Numbered from the stretch's first letter, positions 41,836-52,812 are shown. The stretch: DNA of 64,000 nucleotides from an uncultured delta proteobacterium (GCA_963805315.1 CAWDTQ010000013.1:6090-70089); one strand, 5' to 3'. Notes: generated from the letters alone by a model not told the origin. Numbers and translations are program-made.

Positions 41836-44619
41836 TCAGGCGGCAGGAGACCGCGCGCGCACTTCGAAGGTCACCAGCTCGAACGGCTTGAGTTCGAGCG
41901 TGATTGCGCCATCGCGCGAGCGCTTGAGGCCGGCGCGCTTCACGGGGCGTCCGGCAAGATCGACCTCGCGCGCGCGGCCGCCAGCGGCGAACGTGAACCT
42001 GGCCCGCTCGGAGTTCGGCGATGCGCTGTAGACGCGCACTTTATAAGAGCCTGAACGGGGCAGCGGTCGGGCCGTCGAGAATATTATTCGCGGATTGTCG
42101 CATCCGAGGAGCGAGGTCGCGGCGGAGTCGTCAGCGGCGCGACGGCCGAAAAAAGCGCGCGGTGGAGACGTGTACGCTTCGACGCGTTGCAGCAGACCGC
42201 TGTCGAGATAGCTGCCTCGAAAGGTCGCGACCGCAAATTCGAAGCGATGCTCTCCCCGTTCCTGCGCGTCCGGCGTCTCGAGCTCGGGTCCAGCCCCGCC
42301 GCGGCGAGTCGCAAGGTCGGAACGCGACAGCCATCCGACGCATCGAAGCAGAGTCAGGAGAATCGTCGAGCCCGCGCGCTCGGGCCGCGCCTCCACCTCG
42401 AGAATGCCGCGACTGGCAATAGCGGCCGAGAACTCGCCGCTCTCGACGGCGGTGAAGGTGCGATGCGGCACGGTCGGATAGATGTCCTCGGTGCCGCGCG
42501 GTTCCGACGGCGCGAGCGGGCGGCGGATCACGCCGAAGCTGGTGTCGTGGACGGCGTCGGTCGCGACGATTGGCGTGCGGAGCGCAGCGCGCAGACGATG
42601 GTCGCGCGCGCGATTCGTGGCGTCGACGACAAGATCGACGCGGTCGAGGCCGGCGTAGAGTGTCGCGGTCAGCGCTAGTTCAAGACGCTCGCAATCCGAC
42701 GAGCGCGCACGTCGATCAGCAGTCAGCGCCGCGGGTATTTCGAATGTCATCAAGAGCTTGATGCGTTTGCGCAGCCGGCCATTGTCGACGACGCTCGCGG
42801 AGATCGAGGCCGGATTTGCGATCGGTGTGCCATCGCCGACAGGATCGTAGTTGTACTCGTCGCCGCGATCGCCGTCGTCCTCAAAATAGAGTTCCATCGC
42901 CGTGTCGCGCGAGAGATCGCGAATCTCCAGGCCGAGTTGCGTCGGCGTCAAGCGGAAGAACTCATTCTCAATCGACGCGGCCGGCTCGCGATTCGCCGCA
43001 TCGGCGCCAGAATCTTCGCGAACCAGCCTATAGAAGCTGAAACCCGTTTGCGCGAGATCGTCGGCGACGAAACTGACGGCGCATCGCGGGGCGCTGGTCG
43101 CATGGATTCGCACCGAGCCCGAATCGGGGATGCGGGTGCGAATCGCGTGGCGGAATCCTTCGAGATCCAGATCGCTGAACGCCGCGCGGCTCATGAGGAG
43201 ATTCACCTGCGGGCGGCCGTCGGGCGCGGTCACGATCTCGTAGCGATTCAAAGTGCGGCCGAACACGCTCGGCTGGCTCAACCCGCCGATGATCGATTTG
43301 AATTCCGCCGACGGCATGTCGGAATCGACCGCGCGCTGCTCGCGGGCAATGTCGGTCGCGGCCGGGATGCGGCGGCCGTCGGCAGTCTCAATCGCGTAGC
43401 GCGCGTGGGGGTCGGCAACTTCCGCATCGCCGCTGACGAGTGCGCCTCGGGCGAGCGACGGGTTGAAGACCGCGATCTCGGACGCGTCGACACCGCGGGC
43501 GTTGAGACATGCCGCAACCGCGCGTCGCTCTGCAGTCTCGGCGAGCATCGCGGCCTGATCGAATCGATAGCGCATGTCGATGTGCACCTGGTCGACCGAG
43601 CATCCGCAAATCGAATCGTGAGGATGGTTCTGAATTTCGGTCCGCCACGCCATCTCGAGGAATGCGTCGACGCCGGCGGCGCGCCCTAGCGCGTTGGCAA
43701 GCGCTGCGAGCGGATCGGCGTAGCCCTCGAGCGCGCGGCAATTTTCAAAGTCGCGCTGCTTGATCCACGTGCGCGCCGAGGTCACGCCGGGCAGCAGATG
43801 CGAGCGCAGGGGAGAGCGCAGTTCTCCACGATGACGCGGAGTGCCGTCGAGCGGAAGATCGGCGAGGCGGCGGACGTAGTTCTCGAGCGAGCCGGTCTCG
43901 AAGGTCATCGCGGAAATCTCGCGCGCCTCGTTGATGCGCACGGTGAGGCGCGCGTCGGGCGCGGCGTGATCGGTGCCGTTCATCACGAGAATCGGCGTGC
44001 CGGCGGCGAAGTCGCGCTCCCGGGCGGCAATCTGTTCGGCGCGCGCGACGAAGCTGTCAACCGATTCGAGCGGCAGATTTGCGCCGTTCGAATAACCAGC
44101 GGGCAGATAGACCGTCAGCACCGAGCTGCCGTCGAGCGCTTCCCACGTGAAGCGATTGCGATTGACGTCCGCACCGACGCCGCGCCACAGCACCGCGGTC
44201 GTGAATCCGAAGCCGGCGAGAATTTGCGGCATCTGCGCGATGTGTCCGAACTGATCGGGCAGGTAGCCGACATCGAGCGGCCGTCCGAAGCGGCGCGCAA
44301 TCGCCATGCCGATTTCGAGATTGCGGATGAGCGACTCGCCGCTCACCAGGAAACTGTCGGCAAGCACGTACCACGGCCCGACCTGGATTTTGCCCGCGCG
44401 AATCAGACTGCGCAGCCGCGGTTCGGCTTGCGGGCGCATCTCGAGGTAATCGTCGAGCACGATCGTCTGGCCGTCGAAGTGAAAGGAGGGAATCGTTCCG
44501 CGCTCGACCAGCGGGATCATGCGATCGGCCATCGTGACCAGCCGCGCGCGCATCTGCTGAAACGGCTGATACCATTCGCGATCCCAATGGGTGTGAACGA
44601 CGAAATATAGTTGATCCAT
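41836..44619 (-). CDS. Glycoside hydrolase family 38 alpha-mannosidase-like protein
   Basis: N-terminal HTHWDREW motif and DQFGH are typical of the GH38 catalytic domain. 927 aa. Confidence 0.8.
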   Translation of the reverse strand: MDQLYFVVHTHWDREWYQPFQQMRARLVTMADRMIPLVERGTIPSFHFDGQTIVLDDYLEMRPQAEPRLRSLIRAGKIQVGPWYVLADSFLVSGESLIRNLEIGMAIARRFGRPLDVGYLPDQFGHIAQMPQILAGFGFTTAVLWRGVGADVNRNRFTWEALDGSSVLTVYLPAGYSNGANLPLESVDSFVARAEQIAARERDFAAGTPILVMNGTDHAAPDARLTVRINEAREISAMTFETGSLENYVRRLADLPLDGTPRHRGELRSPLRSHLLPGVTSARTWIKQRDFENCRALEGYADPLAALANALGRAAGVDAFLEMAWRTEIQNHPHDSICGCSVDQVHIDMRYRFDQAAMLAETAERRAVAACLNARGVDASEIAVFNPSLARGALVSGDAEVADPHARYAIETADGRRIPAATDIAREQRAVDSDMPSAEFKSIIGGLSQPSVFGRTLNRYEIVTAPDGRPQVNLLMSRAAFSDLDLEGFRHAIRTRIPDSGSVRIHATSAPRCAVSFVADDLAQTGFSFYRLVREDSGADAANREPAASIENEFFRLTPTQLGLEIRDLSRDTAMELYFEDDGDRGDEYNYDPVGDGTPIANPASISASVVDNGRLRKRIKLLMTFEIPAALTADRRARSSDCERLELALTATLYAGLDRVDLVVDATNRARDHRLRAALRTPIVATDAVHDTSFGVIRRPLAPSEPRGTEDIYPTVPHRTFTAVESGEFSAAIASRGILEVEARPERAGSTILLTLLRCVGWLSRSDLATRRGGAGPELETPDAQERGEHRFEFAVATFRGSYLDSGLLQRVEAYTSPPRAFFGRRAADDSAATSLLGCDNPRIIFSTARPLPRSGSYKVRVYSASPNSERARFTFAAGGRAREVDLAGRPVKRAGLKRSRDGAITLELKPFELVTFEVRARSPAA

Positions 44620-44706
44620 GAAATTCCCGCTGCCCGCGACGGCGTCATTCGGGAATTATACGACGGGCGCGCCGGTTGCAATTGATTGTGCTAGCTTCGA
44701 CGAATC

Positions 44707-46725
44707 ATGGCGCGGCGGCTCAAAAAACTCCTTATCGCAAACCGCGGCGAGATTGCGCTTCGGATCATCCGCAGCGCGCGCCTGTTCGGCCTCAAAACCA
44801 TCGCCGTGTATTCCGCGGCGGACGCGAAAAGCGCGCACGTCGGCGCCGCTGACGAGGCAATTGCAATCGGACCGGCCGAGGCCGCAAAGAGCTACCTCGA
44901 CATCGCAGCGATAATCGCAGCCGCAAAACGATCCGACGCCGACGCGATACATCCGGGCTACGGATTTCTCTCCGAGCGTCCCGAGTTCGCGCAGGCTGCC
45001 ACCGACGCGCGGATCGTGTTCGTCGGACCGCGGCCCGACGTGATGGCTGCGCTCGGCGACAAGGTCGCGGCACGGCGAATCGCCGTCGCGGCGGGCGTCC
45101 CGGTGGTGCCGGGAATCGAAACTGCGGAACTTTCCGCGGCGCGCGAATTTGCCGCGCTCGCCGGCTATCCCATTTTGATCAAGGCTGCCGCCGGAGGAGG
45201 CGGGCGCGGGATGCGCGTCGTTGCGGAAGCGTCGCAGCTCGAAGGCGCTCTGGAAGCGGCTGCGCGCGAAGCGACGGCCGCATTCGGCGACGGGACGGAT
45301 CTTCATCGAGAAGTATCTCGCGCATCCGCGGCATATCGAAATCCAAATTCTTGGCGACGAGCACGGCAATGTGGTCGCGCTGGGCGAGCGTGATTGCTCG
45401 ATCCAGCGGCGGCATCAGAAGATTATCGAGGAGTCGCCGGCGCCGGGACTCTCTGACGCGATGCGCGCGAAAATGATCGACGCGGCGCTGAAACTCGCGC
45501 GCGCGGCGCACTACACCAACGCGGGCACCGCGGAGTTTTTGGTCGAAGGCGACAACTTTTACTTCCTCGAAGTCAATGCGCGCCTGCAAGTCGAGCATCC
45601 GGTGACCGAGATGCGCTTCGGATGCGACCTGGTGTGCGAGCAATTGCGGATCGCGTCGGGCGGCAAGGTGTCGGCGGCGGCGGCCCCGCGCGGCGCGGCG
45701 ATCGAAATCCGCATCAATGCCGAGGATCCCGAGCATGACTTCCGTCCCGCGACGGGAACCGTGCTTCATCTAAGTGTTCCCGGCGGGCCGGGCGTGCGCT
45801 TCGACTCGCATCTGACGCGCGGCGCCGAAGTGACGCCGTGGTACGACGGTCTGCTGGGCAAGCTAATCTGCTACGGCGCGAATCGCGAGGAGGCGCGCGG
45901 CCGCCTGGTGAATGCGCTTGGCGAATTCGCGTTGCTGGGCGTGACGAACAACGCCGCCTACCTGCGCGATATCGTTGCGAGTGAGCAGTTTCGCGACGCG
46001 AAACTCTCAACCCATTTCATCGAAGTGTTTTTTTCAGCGTGGAAGATCGATGACGCGCAAATCGATGCGGCGATTGTCGCGGCGGCGATCATCGCCGGCG
46101 ATTCGCAAGCAGAAAATTCTGCGCAGCGCACAAGTGCCGAACGACGTTCGCCGTGGGATGGCCTTAACAACTTCGAGCTATGGAGATCGCGGCGATGAAG
46201 CTCACGCGCGCGGGTGACTTGCACGAGATCGACGTCGAGGTGATCGCGCGCGAAGGCGGCACGATTCGCGTGAGCATCGGAGGGCGGGAGCTGGCCGCAG
46301 AGTTCACGCCGAATGCGGACGGCGGAGGAGTTCTTGCGATCGATGGGCGGCGTTATCCGGTTTTCGGCGCACGGCGAAAGGAATCGATCCTTGTTTCTGT
46401 CGGACCGGCGTCTTTCGAGTTCAAGCCGGCGCAAGAGGCTTCGCGGCGCCGCGCGCGCGGGCTCGCAGCGGCGGAAATCACGGCGCCGATGCCGGGGAAG
46501 GTGCTCAAGGTGCTGGTCCGCGACGGCGACCTGGTCGAGGCGGGACAGCCGCTGGTCGTGATCGAGGCGATGAAAATGGAAACGACGCTCGCCGCCGAAA
46601 GCGCTGCGATGGTCAAACATGTGCGCGTCGAGGAAGGCCAGACCGTCGATCACGGCGCGGTGCTGATCGAGCTTAGTCCGTCTCCGGCTTCATCAGGTCG
46701 CGAATCCGCGCCTCGAGCTGAGTGA
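44707..46725 (+). CDS. Biotin-dependent acyl-CoA carboxylase alpha subunit (biotin carboxylase plus BCCP domain), with frameshifts near 45300 and 46190
   Basis: Biotin carboxylase N-terminus (LLIANRGEIALRI) and ATP-grasp domain split over ORFs 44707.. and 45221..46198. BCCP motif EAMKME lies in ORF 46180..46725. Confidence 0.8.
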
Positions 46726-46906
46726 TCCACTCGTCGAAGTTGGCGTCGCGCTCGACGACAATCTCCAGCTTGCCATTTTTCAAAATCGAGACGCGCCCCG
46801 GATGCTCGGTGCGCAGTGGAATCTCCACCGCCTCGCGCGAGATTCCCATCGGATCGATCACCGCGAAGATTCTTTCGATTTCTTTCAGTGTGACAGCCTT
46901 GAGCAT
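46673..46906 (-). CDS. Small hypothetical protein
   Basis: 77-aa ORF with coding-like composition. Confidence 0.3.
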   Translation of the reverse strand: MLKAVTLKEIERIFAVIDPMGISREAVEIPLRTEHPGRVSILKNGKLEIVVERDANFDEWITQLEARIRDLMKPETD

Positions 46907-47001
46907 TGTGCACGCCTCGCGCGTCGTTCGGTACGTCTTTACTTAAATTGTCAGCGTCGTAAGCTCAAGGCGCGGAATAATTTTGTCCGGGGGAGGATCA
47001 C

Positions 47002-47205
47002 GTGTTCGGAACAATCAAGAAGGTAGTCAAGGACAAGGGCTTCGGCTTCATCATCGCGGACGACGGCGGCGACGAAGTTTTTTTCCATCGCTCGGCGCTG
47101 TCGCCCAAGGTTTATTTCGACGACCTGCGCGAGGGCAACGAAGTTCAGTTCGACGTCCGCGCGGGAGAGAAGGGACGCCAGGCATTCAACCTGCGCCTGC
47201 GCTGA
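47002..47205 (+). CDS. cspA: Cold-shock protein (CspA family)
   Basis: MFGTIKKVVKDKGFGFI ... VFFH. Cold-shock DNA-binding domain. Confidence 0.9.
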   Translation: MFGTIKKVVKDKGFGFIIADDGGDEVFFHRSALSPKVYFDDLREGNEVQFDVRAGEKGRQAFNLRLR

Positions 47206-47211
47206 TTTCTT

Positions 47212-48738
47212 TCATCGCGTAAGCGCGAACCATCGCTTCATCAAGCCGGCGACGAATGGCGTGAGCCGCGTGCGCGTGTACAGCCCGGCGGCGCGGCGGA
47301 TTGCGTCCGCCTGCGTCGGGTACGGATGAATCACGTCGCCGAGACTGCCCAAGCCGACGCCCGCTTTGATAGCCGTCGTGAGCTCGGAGATGATTTCGCC
47401 GGCGTGGCTGGCGACTACAGTCGCACCGACGATCCGATCGCTTCCCTCGCGCACGTGAACCTTGACGAAGCCCTCGGTTTCGCCGTCAAGCACGGCGCGA
47501 TCGACCTCGGCCAGTTCCTGCGTATAGGTCGCGACCGCGATTCCGCGCTGCTTCGCGTCGGCCTCGTACAGTCCGACGTGCGCGATCTCAGGATCGGTGT
47601 AGGTACACCATGGAATAGTCAGTTGGCTCGCGCGCTGGCGTCCGAAGAATAGTGCGTTGCGCAGGATGATGCGCGCGTGCGCGTCCGACAGGTGAGTAAA
47701 CTTGCACGGCGAAGCGACGTCGCCGCCGGCGTACACGAGCGGGTTCGTCGTCCGCAGGTAGTCGTTGACCTTCACGCCGTTCTGCTTGTCGTACTCGATC
47801 ATCGCGGCTTCGAGATTCAACCCCTCGACCGCGGGCACTCGGCCGACGCCAATCAATATCGTGTCGCAGGCAATCTCGCGGCGGACGCCGTCGCGCTCGC
47901 TCGCGATTATCTTCTCATTGCCGCGCATTCCGACGCCGGAAATTTTGCATCCGGTGATAATTTCGACGCCGTCTCGGACGATTGCGCGCTCGACTCGCTC
48001 GGCGGCGTCGCGATCCTCGCGAATCAGGATTTGCGGCGCGACTTCGAGCAGCGTGACCTGCGCACCGAATCGCGCAAAGGTCTGCGCGAGTTCGCATCCG
48101 ATCGGCCCGCCGCCGATTACGGCGATTCGCCGCGGCAAATCGGTCAGCGAAAAGACCGTTTCGTTGGTCAGATAGCCGGCCTCGGCCAGGCCGGGTATCG
48201 GAAGCGAGGCCGCGCGCGCGCCAGTTGTGATAGCGGCCTTCTTGAAACGGAGCCGCTGGCCGTCGACTTCCACGCAGTCCGGCGCAACGAAACGTCCGTC
48301 GCCGATAAACACGTCGACGCCCAGGCCGCGAAATCGATTGGCGGAGTCGGTCGGGCTGAGCTCGGCGCGCAGCTTGCGCATCCGCTCCATCACCGCTGGA
48401 AAATTCACGCGCACGCCCGGCGGCACCTCAACGCCGAAGCGGCCCGCGTCGCGAACCGCAGCGGCCGCGCGCGCCGAGCGAATCAGCGCCTTGGACGGGA
48501 CGCATCCGAAGTTCAGGCAATCGCCGCCCATCAGGTCGCGCTCGACGAGCGCAACCTTCGCCCCGAGAATTGCGGCGCCCGCCGCAGTCACGAGGCCCGC
48601 GGTGCCAGCTCCAATCACGACCAGGTTGTAGCGGTCGGCGGGCGCGGGATTGATCCATCCGGCGGGATGCAGATTTTCCGTCAGCGCGAGGTTGTAAGCG
48701 TCGAGCGGCTCATGCTTCAGCGCGTGCGATCCCATCAT
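47212..48738 (-). CDS. FAD-dependent pyridine nucleotide-disulfide oxidoreductase (mercuric reductase / dihydrolipoamide dehydrogenase-like)
   Basis: GGDCLNFGCVPSK redox-active disulfide motif. FAD and NAD Rossmann motifs. Dimerisation domain. Confidence 0.8.
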   Translation of the reverse strand: MMGSHALKHEPLDAYNLALTENLHPAGWINPAPADRYNLVVIGAGTAGLVTAAGAAILGAKVALVERDLMGGDCLNFGCVPSKALIRSARAAAAVRDAGRFGVEVPPGVRVNFPAVMERMRKLRAELSPTDSANRFRGLGVDVFIGDGRFVAPDCVEVDGQRLRFKKAAITTGARAASLPIPGLAEAGYLTNETVFSLTDLPRRIAVIGGGPIGCELAQTFARFGAQVTLLEVAPQILIREDRDAAERVERAIVRDGVEIITGCKISGVGMRGNEKIIASERDGVRREIACDTILIGVGRVPAVEGLNLEAAMIEYDKQNGVKVNDYLRTTNPLVYAGGDVASPCKFTHLSDAHARIILRNALFFGRQRASQLTIPWCTYTDPEIAHVGLYEADAKQRGIAVATYTQELAEVDRAVLDGETEGFVKVHVREGSDRIVGATVVASHAGEIISELTTAIKAGVGLGSLGDVIHPYPTQADAIRRAAGLYTRTRLTPFVAGLMKRWFALTR

Positions 48739-48748
48739 GATTCGTCCC

Positions 48749-49498
48749 TCAAGTCTTTTCGCGCAGCGCCCGCGCGCCGATTCGCGTTGCGTACACGACG
48801 ACCGCGACGGTCGCGATGAACCCGACCGCCGTGAGCGCCCATTCAAGCGGAGTGCGCCCGACGCCTCCGCCGGCCGCGCGCGCCAGGTCGCCGCTCAGCG
48901 AGCCGATATATACGTAGAGAATCGTGGCGGGAATCATCCCCGCCCAGGACGCGAAAAAGTAGTCGCGCAGCGTCACGCGCGTCAGGCCGTAGGCGTAGTT
49001 GAGCAGATTGAATGGAAACACCGGCGACAACCGCGTCAGGATCACAATCTTCCATCCTTCCTTGCCGACCGCTTCGTCGATCGCCTTGAACCTCGCGTTG
49101 CCTTCGAGCCTCTTGCTCACCCAATCGCGCGCGACATAACGGCCGACGAGAAAAGCCGCCGTGGCGCCGAGCGTCGCCGCAATCGACACGTAGATCGATC
49201 CGCGCACCACGCCGAAAATCACGCCGGCGCCGATCGTCAGGATCGATCCGGGAACAAACGCGACGCACGCCACGATGTAAATCGCGATGAACGCGACCGG
49301 CGCCAGCGCGCCCAGCCCGCGAATCCAGTCGAGCGCGTTGGTCAGCCACGGGCCGGCGCCGATGCGATGCGCGACGTAGAGGACCGCTAAGATTGCAGCG
49401 ACGATCAGCAGAGTCTTCGGGCGAAGAAAAACGGCTGCTCGGCTGGACGCGGTGGTCATCTTGAGGTTCCGGGATTGCGACTCGCGCGCGGGCTTCAT
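48749..49498 (-). CDS. DedA/TVP38 (SNARE-associated) family membrane protein
   Basis: Polytopic membrane protein with a DedA-like core (GSILTIGAGVIFG). It is paired with the oxidoreductase as in many genomes. Confidence 0.7.
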   Translation of the reverse strand: MKPARESQSRNLKMTTASSRAAVFLRPKTLLIVAAILAVLYVAHRIGAGPWLTNALDWIRGLGALAPVAFIAIYIVACVAFVPGSILTIGAGVIFGVVRGSIYVSIAATLGATAAFLVGRYVARDWVSKRLEGNARFKAIDEAVGKEGWKIVILTRLSPVFPFNLLNYAYGLTRVTLRDYFFASWAGMIPATILYVYIGSLSGDLARAAGGGVGRTPLEWALTAVGFIATVAVVVYATRIGARALREKT

Positions 49499-49565
49499 TT
49501 CGCCGCGAGCATCGCCAACGCGGACTGCTTATAATGCCATCGAGGATTGTGTAATCCTAATCCGC

Positions 49566-50063
49566 ATGTCGGTCCACGAACACGAAAAACACGCGCGCAT
49601 GAATCTCAAGCTCGGCGTAATTACGGCCAGCGATTCGCGCACTCCGGAGACCGACGAGAGCGGGAATCTCATCCGCACATTGCTGGAGGCGGCCGGCCAC
49701 CGGGTGGACTACTACGAAATCCTGCCCGACGACGGTGAGAAAATTTCCGCCGCGCTCGTCAGTAATCTGGAGAATCTCGACGCGATTATCGTCAACGGCG
49801 GCACCGGCATTACCGCGCGCGACGGCACCACCGAAGTCGTGAAGTCGATCCTGGACAAGGAGCTCGAAGGATTCGGCGAATTGTTCCGGATGCTTTCGTT
49901 TCAGGAAATCGGCGCGGCCGCGATGATGAGCCGCGCCGTGGCCGGCGTCCGACATGGCAAATTCGTCGCGGCGCTTCCCGGCTCTCCCGACGCGTGCCGG
50001 CTCGCGATGGAGAAGCTGCTCATCCCCGAGCTCGGGCACATCGCGTACCTGCTGAGCAAATGA
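49566..50063 (+). CDS. moaB: Molybdenum cofactor biosynthesis protein MoaB/MogA family
   Basis: Motifs LGVITASDSR and NGGTGITARD. Confidence 0.75.
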   Translation: MSVHEHEKHARMNLKLGVITASDSRTPETDESGNLIRTLLEAAGHRVDYYEILPDDGEKISAALVSNLENLDAIIVNGGTGITARDGTTEVVKSILDKELEGFGELFRMLSFQEIGAAAMMSRAVAGVRHGKFVAALPGSPDACRLAMEKLLIPELGHIAYLLSK

Positions 50064-50767
50064 GCGTGAACAAGTTTACGATCAAGCTGTTCGCTACGCT
50101 GCGTGAGCGGGCCCATGCGGCCGAGCTGACGCGCGAGTTTCCCGACGGCACGACAGTCGGCGACATCTGGCGGCAGCTGGTGGTCGAATTTCCCGAGCTC
50201 GGCGGGCATCGCGACTCTGTAGGCTTCGCCGTCAACCAGGAATATGTCGAGGGCGACTTCAAGCCGCGCAAGGGCGACGAGATCGCGTTCATTCCGCCGG
50301 TTAGCGGCGGCGCTGACACGCCCGCATACGTTGGCAAGATCACGATTGGGCGCAATCCGATCGACGTCGCCGCGCTCGAGCGCGAAGTTGCCTCCCCTGC
50401 CGCCGGTGCGATCGTATCGTTCACCGGCACGACTCGCCGCGACAACGCCGGCCGCGTCGTGATTCGCCTCGAGTACGAAGCCTACGAGCCGATGGCGCTG
50501 TCCGAGATGCGCAAGCTCGCGGTCGAGGCGGGCGCGCGATGGAAAATCACGCGTATCGCGATCGCGCATCGCGTCGGCGTGGTCGAGATTGGCGAGACGT
50601 CGGTGGCGATTGCGGTCTCGGCGCCGCATCGCGCCGAGGCGTTCGAGGCGTGCCGATTCGCGATCGATCGGCTGAAGGAAATCGTACCGATCTGGAAAAA
50701 AGAGCACTTCGAGGGCGGCGAGGTATGGATCGGCTGCCAAACCTCGCATCCACCCGCGCTTGAATGA
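50060..50767 (+). CDS. moaDE: MoaD-MoaE fusion (molybdopterin synthase sulfur carrier fused to catalytic subunit)
   Basis: The N-terminal ~85 aa end in FIPPVSGG (MoaD/ThiS fold with Gly-Gly). A MoaE domain follows directly in the same ORF. The start overlaps the moaB stop (ATGA). Confidence 0.7.
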   Translation: MSVNKFTIKLFATLRERAHAAELTREFPDGTTVGDIWRQLVVEFPELGGHRDSVGFAVNQEYVEGDFKPRKGDEIAFIPPVSGGADTPAYVGKITIGRNPIDVAALEREVASPAAGAIVSFTGTTRRDNAGRVVIRLEYEAYEPMALSEMRKLAVEAGARWKITRIAIAHRVGVVEIGETSVAIAVSAPHRAEAFEACRFAIDRLKEIVPIWKKEHFEGGEVWIGCQTSHPPALE

Positions 50768-50822
50768 CCATTGCTACGCCGCATTGTTGACCACGCGGAC
50801 AGTTACCAGTTACAAAGGTAGG

Positions 50823-51764
50823 ATGGCTTTGGGCGAAACATTCGTTCAGAAAATCATCCTGGCCGAGCCGCGCGGCTTTTGCGCGGGCGTCGATCGCGCG
50901 GTCGAGGCCGTCCGCAGCGCGCTGCGCTCCTACGGCCGTCCGCTCTACGTGCGCCATCAGATAGTGCACAACCGTTTCGTGCTCGAGGCGCTCGAGAAGG
51001 AAGGCGCGATTTTCGTCGAGAGCCTCGACGAGGTTCCCAGCGGCCAGCGCGTCATCTTCAGCGCGCACGGCGTCGCGCCCAGCGAATGGGACCGCGCCAA
51101 GGATCGCGCGCTGCGCGTTATCGACGCCACCTGCCCGCTCGTCACCAAGGTCCATCTCGAAGTAAAAAAATATGACGACGAGGGACGCACCGTGATCCTC
51201 ATCGGCCACGCCGGCCACGAAGAAGTGAAGGGCACGCTCGGCGTGGCGCCCGGCAAGGTGGTGCTGGTCGGCAGCGTCGCCGAGGCGCGCACGGTCAAAG
51301 TCGATAATCCCGAGCGCATCGCTGCGGTCACGCAGACCACGCTCAGCGTCGACGACACGCGCGAGATCATGGAGACGCTCAAGGAGCGTTTCCCCACGAT
51401 GCAGGCGCCGAAGACCGACGACATCTGCTATGCGACGCAAAACCGCCAGAACGCGGTCAAGGAACTGGTGCAGGTGAGCGACGCGGTGCTGGTCGTCGGC
51501 TCGAAGCAGAGCTCGAATGCGAACCGGCTGGTCGAGGTCGCGCGGATGCGCGGCGCGCGCGCGTTCCTGGTCGATTCGATCGCCGACGTCGACCCCGAGA
51601 TGCTCAAGGGGGTGCGCGCGCTCGGCCTGACCGCGAGCGCGTCGTCGCCCGAATGGCTGGTCGAGGAAATTATCGGTGCATTCGCGCGATCGGGCGCCGA
51701 GGTCGAGCTGCTGAGCGTCGCCAAGGAGCGCGTGCATTTCCCGCTCCCGATGCCCGCGGACTGA
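50823..51764 (+). CDS. ispH: 4-hydroxy-3-methylbut-2-enyl diphosphate reductase
   Basis: Conserved LytB motifs PRGFCAGVDRA, ATCPLVTKVH and SSNANRL. Confidence 0.9.
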   Translation: MALGETFVQKIILAEPRGFCAGVDRAVEAVRSALRSYGRPLYVRHQIVHNRFVLEALEKEGAIFVESLDEVPSGQRVIFSAHGVAPSEWDRAKDRALRVIDATCPLVTKVHLEVKKYDDEGRTVILIGHAGHEEVKGTLGVAPGKVVLVGSVAEARTVKVDNPERIAAVTQTTLSVDDTREIMETLKERFPTMQAPKTDDICYATQNRQNAVKELVQVSDAVLVVGSKQSSNANRLVEVARMRGARAFLVDSIADVDPEMLKGVRALGLTASASSPEWLVEEIIGAFARSGAEVELLSVAKERVHFPLPMPAD

Positions 51765-51887
51765 GCCGTCGCGCGTTTTTTGCGCGCGACTCAGGAACAC
51801 CGCATCCGTCTCGCGTCAACTTGACAATTCCGCGCCATTGCTTGCAGACTCATCCCGATTTCGCCGAACTTTGAGAGGAACATTCCG

Positions 51888-52745
51888 ATGCGAACAGCTG
51901 TCGCGCGCGCGCTGATACTGCCGGTTGTGCTGGCGATACCGTTGGTCAGCGGATGCCAGTCCGAGGGGAAGAAGCATCTGTACAAAGCCGAAGACCTGTT
52001 CGAAAAACGCGATCTCGACGGCGCCAAGAAGGAACTGGAGCTCTCGATAAAAGCCGACCCCAGCGACGTCGACGCGCACAAGTCGCTCGCCCACATAGAT
52101 GAGGCGGTCGGCGATCAGGAAGGCGCCGCGAAGGAATATATGGCGGCCTCGGCACTCGATCCCACCGACGAGAAGCTGCTCGAAAAGGCCCGCCTCTACA
52201 AGCAGCTCGAGGACCTGGCGAATTCCTCGGGCAAGGCGCTCGACGACATCAAGGCCGGCAAGGTCGAGGAAGGCGTCGGCACGCTCAAGGAAATCATGAC
52301 GACGAGCAAGATTGCGGCGGCTCGTGAGAAAGCCGTGAACGCGCTCGCCGACGCGATCCCGATCATCGAGAAAGTCGGCGACCAACAGGTGGCGGATAAA
52401 AAATACACCGACGCGCTCAACACCTATGAGCAGGGCATCCGCGCCGCGATGCTCCTGTCGCGGGCGCACAAGATGGACACGCTCGGGCCCGAGGCGGACC
52501 CGATGATGCACAAGATGACCGAGACCGCCAAGGCCGCCGGCAAGCCCGACGCGACCTTCAAGCTGTTCAATGATGTGATCGGCGTTTATCCAGACGACAA
52601 GGTTGCCAACATGGAATTGGCGCAGGCCTACCTGAGCAAGACGCCGCCCGACTACGACACGGCCGCCGATCTGGAAGAGCGCGGCGGCGCGCCCGACGAC
52701 CAGGTTCGCAAACTCCGCGACATGGCCAAGAAGCATCGCAAGTGA
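51888..52745 (+). CDS. TPR-like lipoprotein
   Basis: Lipobox LVSGC. Helical repeat (TPR-like) composition. Confidence 0.45.
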   Translation: MRTAVARALILPVVLAIPLVSGCQSEGKKHLYKAEDLFEKRDLDGAKKELELSIKADPSDVDAHKSLAHIDEAVGDQEGAAKEYMAASALDPTDEKLLEKARLYKQLEDLANSSGKALDDIKAGKVEEGVGTLKEIMTTSKIAAAREKAVNALADAIPIIEKVGDQQVADKKYTDALNTYEQGIRAAMLLSRAHKMDTLGPEADPMMHKMTETAKAAGKPDATFKLFNDVIGVYPDDKVANMELAQAYLSKTPPDYDTAADLEERGGAPDDQVRKLRDMAKKHRK

Positions 52746-52812
52746 TTGGCGTGGGCAGTCGAAGCAGTCCACGCTCGCGACTGCGATGAGCTAGTGACAG
52801 AATCGACGCCCG

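Noticed and set aside
51765-51800. Hairpin gtcgcgcg-tttttt-gcgcgcgac after ispH as a terminator
   Set aside because: The T-run lies in the loop rather than 3' of the stem. Not a canonical intrinsic terminator.
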